From: Nemertoderma westbladi
Lineage: Eukaryota; Animalia; Xenacoelomorpha
Reading direction: 5' to 3'
Assembly: GCA_032718475.1 (NCBI GenBank)
Contig: JAUCBJ010007524.1
Location: forward strand, 236,637-300,636
DNA: 64,000 nucleotides
A model generated the notes under the pieces. That model ran no database searches. It worked only from the letters and a program-made list of their open reading frames with translations, and had not been told where the DNA came from. Below, in pieces: positions 50,643-62,200 of the stretch (positions within the stretch are counted from its first letter, which is position 1; each line of letters begins with the position of its first letter). Position numbers and translations under genes: made by a program.

Positions 50643-52249
50643 CGCTGTAAACTGAATCTGTAAACTATGTAATGTGTTGTGCTTTCTCTTATTTGTATCT
50701 GTGTTATCTATTTGGCATTATAGTTACTGTAGGTTCTTGTAAAACTCTCAGAGTATAATATTAATTGTAATTTTGCTTTATATTATATTATTGTTAAAGC
50801 CGTTTCATTGTACTAAACGGGGGTCTGGGGTGTGGGAGCGGCAGCTCCCAATAAAAAATAACAAAATGAAGATAAAAAAGTAGGCCTACTTTAAAAATAT
50901 TTTCCCTGATTTTTTATTCTGTGTTTTCCAGACATTTTCCCAAGGAAACCGTCTTTTCTCACAGACACCGGGTAGTACCGGTAACGAAATTGTAAAAAAA
51001 ATGCCCTAAAATTCAACTGGACCACCACAATGAACCGCTAGTTATCCTGCATCTAATCTCAATAATAACCTTATATCTATATCGTATTACAATACCAGTA
51101 CTATGAATGGTAGCCGTAGCACTTCATTATTTGGGATTCCTTGTATTAATGATTTTGAACATGTCTAAAATCATTTTTAATGTTTCTGTGTATGTATTTC
51201 TAATTTTAATTTATTCATTGAACCACTATTTTCGTTGGGAAAAGTTAACCCTAATGTTCAAAATACAATTGCTGCAATCCATATAGTTATAATATAATAT
51301 GATGATGTTATTTGTAACTTTATATGACGGGTGATAAATTGTCTATTTTATTTCGTGCTCAAATCGTAATCTACTGTAGCGCTTGATAAGATTACAAATT
51401 TGAATTAAATAGTTTTATTGCATAAACAGAAATGAGGAATACCATTTTTGAACTTTTTGGATAAATTTTTCCGACGTAATTGTGTTTTAGTGTAGACCTA
51501 CAGTATTTGCGCGTTTATATCTGATGTGTATATACAGTATCTATGTAACGTACAGTAATAATATGTTTGTTTATATGTTGTTTATATTAAAAACATTGAG
51601 TCTCTGTATTAATTTGTTTACATATGTCATGGGGGGGGGGGGTTGCAACAAAGAGTATCAAACCAAACACAAGTGCATAGCATACAGTACATCACTCACT
51701 ATGATGTTCCGTGTGTTGTTTCTCTTGTCTCAGAGGGGGGGGGGGGGGGGGGGGGGTCATCATTTACTTTAATTTGAAAGCTAACCGCCACACTTCCCAC
51801 AACATTTATTTTTCAAAAATAATTATTACTTAAAAAAATTAGCGACGCAGGTTCGAACTAGTGCCGGGAATATATAGGTTACAGATATATGCTAGATTTG
51901 TAATGCGCATGTTATTAGTTTATTACACTTGCAAAGTGCTTGCATATATCATCGGTTACATATAAAGCACGTTTATATATCCTGTAATACTTGTCAGTCA
52001 CATAGCAACAACTTGCTAAACATTATAAACTTGCAATGTCCTTTTTATGAAATTGGAAAATTTGTTAAGTACTTTACTCACCCTTTGCACCAGCGTTGCT
52101 AAGCGTTCTAAGCCTTTCTAAGCAGACTTGTTTAGAACTTAGGAAATATACTAAGAATCTCAACCCGGGATATGAATGTTAGCCTTATTTGGGCCCTCAA
52201 GCTTATTAGCAATAGAGATATCTCGCTTGCCGGCCGGCCCTCATGCAAA

Positions 52250-54020
52250 TTTAGCGGCGCCAAGGCTAACGGGGCACCTCGAAGACAGTCTGGCTATAGT
52301 AGAGTAGAATGGATATACGAGTCCATAGCTAAAATACATCTGCCATGGAGCCTTCACGTAGCACTATGCTCACCAAATATATTTATAATTCTCTGGATAT
52401 ACGAGTCCATAGCTAAAATACATCTGCCATGGAGCCTTCGCGTAGCACTATGCTCACCAAATATATTTATAATTCTCTATCCGCGAAATTTTCAGGAATT
52501 TTAAATTTTGGCCGTCGCTTCGCGGAAAAATAAAAAGTAAACACAAAATAGGATATACAGATTGTCATAGATTTGATTCCCTATCTCGACCAGGGTCATT
52601 ATGACCCTCCCCCGATATTTATACAATATTTTATAGGCTGGTAGTATTGGGGTTATTATGTGACTCATGAAAATAAATCTTAAATACAATACAAATGCTC
52701 CATCTTGGAGAAGTGGATGCAATGTATTTACAAATCGAGTGTGGATCAGGATAGTTTTCGTTAAGGTTTCACCTTGGTGAAGTGGAAGCATTGTATTCAC
52801 ATTTCAAGTACCATTCAAATTGACTACGAAGAAGCCATTAGTCGATTTTTCAAAATTTGTAAAGTTTTGAGGGTTTTTATGAAAAATATAGGGATTTAGG
52901 GATTACCATTCAAATTGACTACGAAGAAGGCATAGGGATCATTAATGGTGTGCTGAGACTCAGAAATTTTCAGGAATTTTAAATTTTGGCCGTCGCTTCG
53001 CGGAAAATATAAAAAGTAAACACAAAATAGGATATACAGATTGTCATAGATTCGATTCCCTACCTCGACCAGGGTCATTATGACCCTCCCCCCGATATTT
53101 ATACAACATTTTATAGCCCGGTAGTATTATGATTAAAGCTACTAAACTAAAACATAACAAAGTGCAATTATCCTATCTGTTCCAACTCAGTGTCACTAGT
53201 TTAGATAATATACTATAATAATAGTGATAGCAGATGCTTTTAATTTCGCGATGAAATAATGTCAGCAAACGAAATATAGTGAATACATCATAGATAGAAT
53301 TTTAAATTTTGCAGTTGCATGGAGTGATAACCCTTAGGTGAAAGCTAAATTTGCTCTACTTTAATCAAATGGGGCATTAAAGCTATGAGTGTATTTTCCT
53401 CTACATCCTCCCTCGATCTTACACAAATCTGGGTGAAAGGCAGTTGGAGGGCTATCATTCCCATCATATGCGGTCCTCCCTTTAATGTTTCATTGATCTA
53501 TTCATAGTCGCCTTTAAGAATTTCTCGGGAAAATAAGGATGAGGGGCTATCACTTTCAACCCATGCGGCCTTCCCTTTCATGATTTCATTGAACTATCCA
53601 TAGTATGAACAATCAAACCAAAGCCTTTGAATATCCTCGCGGCTTATCAGCGGCGCCATGGCTAACGGCTTAATATTAACAGTGAAGCATCTAAAAGACA
53701 GAGTGTCTATGATAGGGCAGAATAGCATACTTACAGCCTAGAGGTGGTCGCGCTGAAAACTTTGCTCGCCATCAATACATACAAAGCATCGCTTGATGGA
53801 AAGAGTAATAGGGTGGATATTTTCATTTTGGTGAATATAATTTATAGCATTATTCACGAAAATCGCTAAATTGCATATTTTAATTAAAATCAACTCTGAT
53901 AAACAACTTGCATATCGAGTTTGTAAAGAATTCATAAGGATTGGCTGTTTATTTAGGGGTTAACATGCAAATTGATTATGAGCGAGCAATAGGGTCATTA
54001 ATGGTATGCTGAGACTCACT
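52250..54020. repeat. Complex array of direct repeats downstream of the orphan gene
   Basis: 84-bp tandem duplication 52311-52478; ~165-bp repeat at ~52484 and ~52963; agcggcgcca(a/t)ggctaacgg at ~52253 and ~53650; tcattaatggt(g/a)tgctgagactca at ~52940 and ~53995; ~60-bp repeat at ~53447 and ~53543. Confidence 0.8.
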
Positions 54021-54273
54021 TACTTCATGGCTCGCTCTCATAGAATAGATTAACTAGTAGAGAAAAATGAAAAATAACCGGTTAAACATCTTATATTTTT
54101 TAAACAATATGGGGAAACAAGAATAAATAATTTACCGACAACATCAATATTAAATAATATAACAACAACGGATAAATAATTTACCAACAACATTAATAAT
54201 AAATAATATAAGAACATCAACAATAACAAAAGATATAATCAGAACAGTTTTTAATAAATAGAGACTGTTTATA

Positions 54274-55983
54274 TTAATAGGGTTGCTGGCCTCCGAGAAT
54301 AACTGGTTTAACCCTTTTAGGGTCCGATACTATTAATGGTTGCGATAATTTTCTCTTTAATAGATTGTTGAGATAGCCTTTTCTTGGGGGGTGAAATAGA
54401 TTAAGGTGTGTTTGCTGCGGGAGAAAGATGCCTTCTCTGAGAGAACGTTTTAGTAATTCGAAAAGGCGCGCGATGGTAAAGTCGTTGGATAGGGTGATAG
54501 TGTTGGTATTTTTCGTATTGGTGAATATAATTTCTGCTGGTTTGTTCTCGATATGAATGTAAGGACTGAGATAGTAGTGAGAGTTGGGTGGGTTGGTTAT
54601 ATTTATCGCGAGAAAATCGCTGCCCCTAATATTGAGACCGTTGGTGAACTGAAAAGTGGTATTCTCTTCGTCTTTCATTAAAATGGGCCAGATACCAACA
54701 TATTTTTCGGATTTGAACTTATAGATAAAGGCTGCGATACTGCTATTTATGAGATAGCGCTGGTGATTGGGGATTGTAATCTGCTTCGGTTTGAAAGCAA
54801 ATTGTATAGCCATAGCCTTGAATCTGATTGGAGCCTCACGCGCTTGAATCGTGTTAGCTATAGTAAAGGATTCATTAAATTTTCTCTCGGTTATCTGTAA
54901 ATCAATTTCTGAATCACTGATACAACTTTGTAACGATATTCGCTCAGAAATGTTGTCTTTGTATACGTTAAGTTCATCGTAGCAGACACATTCACTATCC
55001 TCGACGGTTGAATCGAACCATTTCAATTCGCCGACCTCGCTTGGTGTAAGAAGAATCATGCCCCTAGAAGAAACAATAGCCTTTCCATCGTCAACCTCAT
55101 AGCCATTGGTGATCGCTAAATTGCGCTCGTTCCGAATATTTGTAACAAACCCAAAAGTGCAATAGTCAAAAGCAACCCAATTACCCGGTTTTAGGACAAG
55201 GTGAGTAGTAGGATTAATAAAAGGGCGACATATGTTTACATATTGTTGAAATAAATTGGCGCAGGCGACGGAAAATGTGATCCATGAACTGTTTACCGTG
55301 TCTTCCAGCTTTATTAACTCGAGTGGTTTCACTGGGTTAATACTTCCATAGGTGCCAACTCTATAATTGAATCCAAAGTAATAGGAGACTTTATTGGCGA
55401 AAAAGCATGTGAGCTCATTCAATTTCTCACCGAAAGCGAGAACATCCTTGTCGAAAAGTTTAAAGAAACGAGTCTCCTCTTCCTCGGTCGGAGTCGATGA
55501 GTTCCAGATGAGAAGAAGAATCGAGTTTGCGATACTATGAAAATCAAATAAGCGATCATCGGAGAAGAAGGAGGTTACGAGAGTGGTTAAACCCAGTAGA
55601 CGATTTGCCACATCTTGGTTGATGTTTTCTCGAATAAAATCGACTATACTAGTTGGAATCGTAAACGTCTCGGGCAAAGTAGTTAGATTGAACGTGATTT
55701 TGTTGTCCCTTTTTAAAAGTTTGAAACCGTGGTTGGAGGAATGAAGTTTATTATCGTCGAGGGTTTGATATTGTCCATCGTGAAGTTCGTAGCAGGCGCG
55801 GAAAATAAAGTGCGCGTAGTTTGCCGGAATCGGGATGGGTTGGTTTAAGGTTGTATTTATCATTAACGGGAAGAGTTTGTTCGCCGGATCGAAATATAGA
55901 CCAAACGAGTTGTCTTGTAGCATAAACTGATTTTCGTTGCAAACCAGATCGTTGCTTGAATAGCTGATTTCTGAATGTGCCAT
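54274..55983 (-). CDS. Intact intronless 569-aa protein of unknown family; possible tandem PC4/whirly-like domains and C-terminal NLS
   Basis: Uninterrupted 1.7-kb ORF in AT-rich DNA with a complete promoter; bipartite NLS-like KRKLSQPLIVSDPKRVK; the domain call is by-eye inference. Confidence 0.8.
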   Translation of the reverse strand: MAHSEISYSSNDLVCNENQFMLQDNSFGLYFDPANKLFPLMINTTLNQPIPIPANYAHFIFRACYELHDGQYQTLDDNKLHSSNHGFKLLKRDNKITFNLTTLPETFTIPTSIVDFIRENINQDVANRLLGLTTLVTSFFSDDRLFDFHSIANSILLLIWNSSTPTEEEETRFFKLFDKDVLAFGEKLNELTCFFANKVSYYFGFNYRVGTYGSINPVKPLELIKLEDTVNSSWITFSVACANLFQQYVNICRPFINPTTHLVLKPGNWVAFDYCTFGFVTNIRNERNLAITNGYEVDDGKAIVSSRGMILLTPSEVGELKWFDSTVEDSECVCYDELNVYKDNISERISLQSCISDSEIDLQITERKFNESFTIANTIQAREAPIRFKAMAIQFAFKPKQITIPNHQRYLINSSIAAFIYKFKSEKYVGIWPILMKDEENTTFQFTNGLNIRGSDFLAINITNPPNSHYYLSPYIHIENKPAEIIFTNTKNTNTITLSNDFTIARLFELLKRSLREGIFLPQQTHLNLFHPPRKGYLNNLLKRKLSQPLIVSDPKRVKPVILGGQQPY

Positions 55984-56073
55984 CGTGATTGTGTACCGGT
56001 AACTCGTTTAGGAAATAAAAATAAATAAATACTTTTACGAAAATAATTAAAACTTTTCAGGAAAACAAAGAGA

Positions 56074-56265
56074 CAATGATTGGGAATGTGGTGAACGGGG
56101 GCTATTATAGAGGGGGCTAGAATGGGTTAGCCAATCAGGGAACAGGAGGGAGAAAAGACTGTATAATTAAACCAATCAGAGAGCAGCTTTGATGACGTCA
56201 CATCAGGCGAGATAATGATTGCCCAATGTTATTCAATGGTAGACAGAGTGGCGCCATTGAATAAC
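56074..56265 (-). promoter_or_regulatory. Pol II promoter of the 569-aa ORF
   Basis: TATAATA 56109-56103, initiator TCATTG with A at 56077 (32 nt downstream), CCAAT boxes 56131 and 56172, CRE TGACGTCA 56193-56200, perfect 12-bp inverted repeat 56228-56239/56254-56265. Confidence 0.75.
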
Positions 56266-56560
56266 GAAGACAAAGGGGCCGCGAGAGGAAAGATTATAAA
56301 GTTGACGATAAGGGATCTATAAACCATAGAGCTAAAAATAGACATTATGTCATAGTGATCTCATTGGTAATATAAAAACTAATTAATCTAAAAATAGAAA
56401 TCAATGTATAAAGTAAAAGTAATACAATTAATTAATTTAAAATAAAGTACAAATGAATAAATAAAGTCAAATAGAATACAAATAATTAATTAAAATTAGG
56501 TACAAATAAATAGTTAAATTGAAAATAACAAAGTTAGAGAAGATGTTAATTTTCAGATAA

Positions 56561-56578
56561 TACGCCCTCTAGCGGCAG
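56561..56578 (-). promoter_or_regulatory. CTCF-like site
   Basis: CTGCCGCTAGAGGGCGTA matches the CTCF core consensus CCnCnAGrkGGCr; motif match only. Confidence 0.4.
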
Positions 56579-56918
56579 ACTATGGAACTGCAGGCGGTTG
56601 GATATAGGTAAGAGTAATTAGTAATCAGAGCTGTCACGGGGTGGGGGCAGGGGCGCTTGGATACAACTATCATTAATATGCTGTTGCTTGGTTAAAGCTA
56701 ATTGGGGGGTCAAAGGTCAAAGGTCAACGATAAAGCTGTCTGGATATAGATAAGAGTAATTAGTTACCAGTAAGGGAGCTGTATACCCATAAAGTACAAA
56801 TGAATAATTAATTTAGAATTAAATACGAATAAAATAAAATGCAAATAATTAATTAAAATTAAATATAAATAAATAGATATTAATGAATAAAAGAGCTGCG
56901 GTGTCACTTATGACACCC

Positions 56919-57225
56919 TCTTGAGCCGGCTCTGTGACACTTGGACCTAACTGATGACCCATTGTGTGTCAGGGCGCTAATCAGTCTGATTAATTAGGAT
57001 AATCAATTAAACCCTAATTAGGAGTCATATGACACCTGTTAGGGTTTAATTGTACTAATTAATTGATGACACCTGTCAATTAGGGTCTAATTAGCCTAAT
57101 TGGGAGGTGTCACCCAGACAGTCTGGTGCCAATGACACCCAATGACACCCATAGGGTGATAATTGGGTGTCATATGACACCCAATGGGTGTCAGTTAGGT
57201 CCAAGTGTCACAGAGCCGGCCAAGA
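56919..57225. mobile_element. MITE with long TIRs
   Basis: gccggctctgtgacacttggacctaactga / tcagttaggtccaagtgtcacagagccggc, extendable to tcttg/caaga; CCC on both flanks. Confidence 0.85.
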
Positions 57226-57374
57226 CCCTACTACTAGCTACTATTTCGGCGATTCGCTACACACTTCGAAAGATACTATTTACCTTCAGTCCAACTCAGG
57301 ACCAAATGGTTTTCCAAGAAGGAAAATGTATCAGTTGGCGATATAGTACTCTTAGTTTATCTGGACCAACATAG

Positions 57375-57790
57375 AACTTCTGGCTCCAGAAGTCGAGGAA
57401 ATCCTGCCAAGTACCTAACTGATCTATACTTTGCTGATGACTTAGGAGTACTCTCAGAATCATTAGAGGGAGCCCAACGGCTCCTCAGCTCATTAGAACA
57501 TGCTGCTTCTAGTGTTGGTCTTTTTATTAACTCCAGAAAGACCAAAATTCTGACAGTTAACTTTGAAAGTCCTCAGCAGGTCTCTGATCGGATGAGCATA
57601 AGCTCAAAGGATGGTATGCTTGAGCATGTGGACGACTTCTGTTACCTGGGATCATGGATCCGGAAGTCAGGTGAGGACCTTCGAATACGTAAGGGAAAGG
57701 CATGGGCAGCCTTGAATAGGCTTTCCAGGATTTGGAAGTCACCGAGAATTAATCGGAAACTTAAGGTCCGATTATTTAGAGCAGCAGTAG
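57375..57790 (+). mobile_element. RTE LINE RT fragment, cut by the BEL C LTR
   Basis: YLTDLYFADDLGVLS, DDFCYLGSWI, KLKVRLFRAAV; same family as 15283-17039. Confidence 0.87.
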
Positions 57791-58648
57791 TTATAAAGGA
57801 CATCGCCCGCCTCCTATCCTAACTAATTTCAAATTTGTCTGTCTGTCTGCATTTGGCTGTTTCGGTTGGTTTGGGAATTCTAAGTATAAAAGAAAAAGAC
57901 GAACAATCCAACTGTCTGACGAGTGCAAGGTCCAGGATATAATCCACCTAATCTAATTATAACCGAAAAGCTAGGACCTTGACGCTATTCCGGCTAGATA
58001 AGGCTTTAGTCCACTACAGTACTGGATGATAGATTGGTAAAAGATAAATATATGATAACATAATAATATACTTGCATTTATTTTATTTACAGAGTTAGGT
58101 ATGGTACCGTTACATTACATATAATAACTGAATAATAAATCAACTAATCTAGGGTATTGATAAATGACTAAATAATGCTGTAATGACTGAATGAGATTAA
58201 TATTATCGGGCCAGTTAATACTACCGTATACTTCTGTCTGTTCTGTAGTTTATAAAATAGTTACCGGTCTTAGGTAATAGTACAATATTATATTACAGGG
58301 TATGCAAGCAAAATCTATATAAATCTACATCTAACTATCTAACCATCTAACATCAGAATATTAGTGGGAAAATCCGCACATGTCAGACATGGTGAGTTGA
58401 GACTGCCAGACTGCAGACAGCTTACTGCTGTTGTACTGACTAGCTATTTTACAGCTGTCAGTCAGACTGTTGACTGCATTCTGGTCACGTGGTCAGCTCA
58501 CGGTCGACTCTTACTAATTAAATAATGAAAGTAATTATGTATACTGTATTTATTGCTGCGAACTGAAATGTATTATACTGTAGGTTGATTATCTTATACT
58601 TATACTATATTATATTAAAATATTTGAGTTACGAGGAGATGGTGAACA
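57790..58648 (-). repeat. 3' LTR of BEL copy C
   Basis: On the minus strand, purine tract GCGGAGGAG then TGTTCACC; contains AATAAA; ends where the LINE frame is broken (terminal CA imperfect). Confidence 0.65.
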
Positions 58649-59207
58649 CACTCCTCCGCTGAACTGCGTGAAACTTAGTTCAAAAAAATCTTGTCACCTC
58701 TCATCGTAGCGAATATAAACACGCACCAAAAACTAAAATAATAATGATTGAGCCTTCTGCCTGATTCACTCAAAACGAAAATAATGCACCTCATTAATAA
58801 AGTACATTTGTGACCAAATAGTAATAATATAAAACTTCAGTCTATTCCATATAATGTATGTACGGCGACCACCACTTTTAAAATTAAACAATCTAAGCAC
58901 AATCTCAAGGCTAAAAAATATTTTTCGTTACATATTATATAGGGTGTTTCTCCATTACTTATTTCTTCAAATAAAGTATATTAAAAAATCTAGCATAAAG
59001 GGTTCTGTAATAAGTTCACTTTGTGGATTACTAAGACAAAATAATAATAATTCATTATAGAGACCTCTGGCTCATTAAAATAGTTTCCATACAATTCTGG
59101 GTTTACCATAAAGGCGCCACAAAAGTGGGTCAAAAGACATGTTAGTTAAACACAACACTAATAGAAATAATGATAATTAATAATTTACTTTTATCGTTTT
59201 AGGTACA

Positions 59208-62200
59208 TTACTCGCTGGTTTTATTTACTGCCTCCACTAATTCCTCTTCCAACAAACAACACCGTTCGATCGACCGTTTAAGTTTTCCACTTGATGTTTG
59301 TAATTCGACAGTTCTAACTAGTCCATCATTCCCTGGAAAAACATCACAGACTCTCGCTAAATTCCAATGATTTCTCCTATTACTGTCGTCCTTTAATAAA
59401 ACTAAGTCGCCCTTTCGGACGTTTCGCGTTACGAATTGGTTTATTTTTCGTTTGTGCAATGTTGGCAGATAGAACTTCTGCCACATATCCCAAAACTCAT
59501 TGGCACATTCTTGACTACGCCTCCACGCCTTTCTTGAGCTCAAGTCTCCCGGATCAGGAGTTTCAAGAGGTAATCCTATACCTCCTCCTACACCGAGAAT
59601 TTTGTTGGGAGTTATTGCTGTTATTCCACTAGGGTTATCAGTAACTTGAAATAACGGTCTAGAATTGATGGAATATTGAATCTCCGCAAGTGCTGTTCTC
59701 AAAACGTCAAATGTAACTGTTTTATTACCAATTGTTGCTGCTAGCGCTTCCTTTGTAGAGCGGACCATACGTTCCCATACACCCCCAGCATGAGGATTAA
59801 TAGGTGTTATATTCTTCCATGTTATATTTCTTGCAGCGAGTTCTGATTGGAGTTTATGTTTATTCAAGTCCTTTACAACCTGTGTCAATTCATTATTTGC
59901 TCCAATAAAATTCGATCCATTGTCGCTGTACATAAGTCTAACATTGCCTCTGGTTGATATGAATCTCCGGTATGCACAAAGAAATGCATCTGTTGACGCG
60001 CTTTCAGCGATATCTAAATGTACTGCCCTTGTTGAAAGACAAGTAAACAATACTCCATAAACCTTCATTGTTGTTCTTACTCGTTTGCACATTACAGGTC
60101 CCCAGTAGTCAACTCCACAAGTTTCGAAAGGCAATCCTCCAATTACGAGTCTTTCTCGAGGCAAATCACCCATTCTTTGTACTAATAATTCAGCATTACG
60201 TTTTCTACACACATAACATTTCTTTAGTAAGCGACGTATTCGAGGCCTTGCTTGAACTATCCAATAAGTCTCCCTCAACTTAGCTAGAGTATGATCTTCC
60301 CCTTTGTGTAGTATTTTCCAATGTACATCGTATATTAATGAGTTAATTATCCAAGAATCCTTAGGTATAATTATTGGTTCCTTATGATCAATAGGTATAT
60401 CGGCATTTTTAATCCGCGAATCGATTTTCATAATTCCATTTACTAATTTGGGACACAAAGATTTCAGTTGAGAACTTCCAGAAATAAGTTTATCTTGTGC
60501 CAATGTTTCATATTCATCGCAATATTTCCTTCTTTGCTCAAAGCCAATAATTCCTCTGGCGCATGAATTAATTTCACTTACAGTTAAAGGAGAGAACTTA
60601 ACCTTTTCACCTCGCATCATCTTAATCCGCCAATCAACTAGTCGACGTATCCATCCCAACTTCCTACATGTATCTGTAAAACTATTGGAATGTGTGAGAA
60701 GTTTTTTAACAGATTCCATTCCATCATCGTCTGCAGCTATCCAATAACTAACTCCTTTCAAACTTCCTTTGTAACTAATTTCAGCATCCTTTGGTAAATT
60801 CAGATGCATTTCGTTTATAGGTGGGGTCCAAGTTTCCTCACAATCCTTTAAGAATGCCGGGCCATTCCACCACTTGTCTTCTGCTAATAAATGTTTCGCT
60901 GTTAAACCACGACTAAGGAAATCGGCTGGATTGTCTTTACCAGCACAATGATGCCACTGTTCATGTTCAACCTCACTTGTCCCCATAATTTCTTGAACTC
61001 GATTTGCTACGAACACCTGAAACCTATGTTCATTATTAGCTATATATTGAAGAGCCACCATTGAGTCACTCCAGTAATAATGACGAACTCCACATGGGTC
61101 TTCTACTAAAGGTAATTCCTTGATAATAATTCGTGCGTTTCTAATGGCAATAACAGCTGCTAGAAGTTCAAGACGGGGTATTGTAACTTTCTTCATTGGC
61201 GCTACTCTCGCCTTTGACATTATGAGTGCGGTTTCAACACATCCATTAAGTGGCTGTCTTCGTAAGTACGATACTGCCCCATAACCTGCTTCTGATGCAT
61301 CACAAAAATGGTGAATCGAGTATATATCATCGGTATCTCGTGTTTTGAAGAAAGGTCGTGGTATTTGTAATTGTTCTAATCCAATAATATCATCCTTCCA
61401 GAGCAACCATTCTTTAATAATATCTTTGGGCAGCTTAGCATCCCATGTCAACTTAGCTTTCCACATCTCTCGTAATAGTAATTTTCCTTTCAGGATAAAT
61501 GGTGTTAGAAATCCTATTGGGTCATAGACGGAACTCAAGAGTGATAAACTTCCTCTCTTTGTTAATCTGTAAGTCTCTTTATTAGTTGAGTATGTAAATA
61601 CATCTTTACTTGGAATCCATTTCACTCCTAATGCTCTTGAAGACGAAATCAACATAGAAGAAACACCATCTAGATCTAAGTCTTTGGGGACATCTTGCAA
61701 GCCAATAACTTTTTCTTTGGGTAGGTTTGACAAAAACTCTACACTATTACTTATAAACTTTGTTACATTAAAACCTCGATTATCTAAGCACTTTATAATC
61801 CCCATAGCCACTCTCAGGGCCTTTTCCACCGTTGGTTGAGAATTGAGGCCATCATCAACATAAAAACCATAGAGAATTGCTCTTATCACTTCTATTGAGA
61901 AATGTTCTCTTTGGTCCAATGCCGCTTGTTTTAATCCATAAGTGGCGACACATGGCGAATCCTTCTTTCCAAATGCATGAACCCTCATTTGCATAACTGT
62001 GAAGTCATCCAAATTTCCGCTCTCTGGGAAATCCTCTATTGGCCCATCAAACCACAGGATGCGCATAGTATCACTGTCACTGTCTGTAGTCCTTAGCTGA
62101 TGAAACATCTTCTTAATGTCACACATAAAGCAAATAGAATGACATCGAAATCGCATTAAACAACCAAAAATACTGTTGTAAATATTGGGACCCTGCATAA

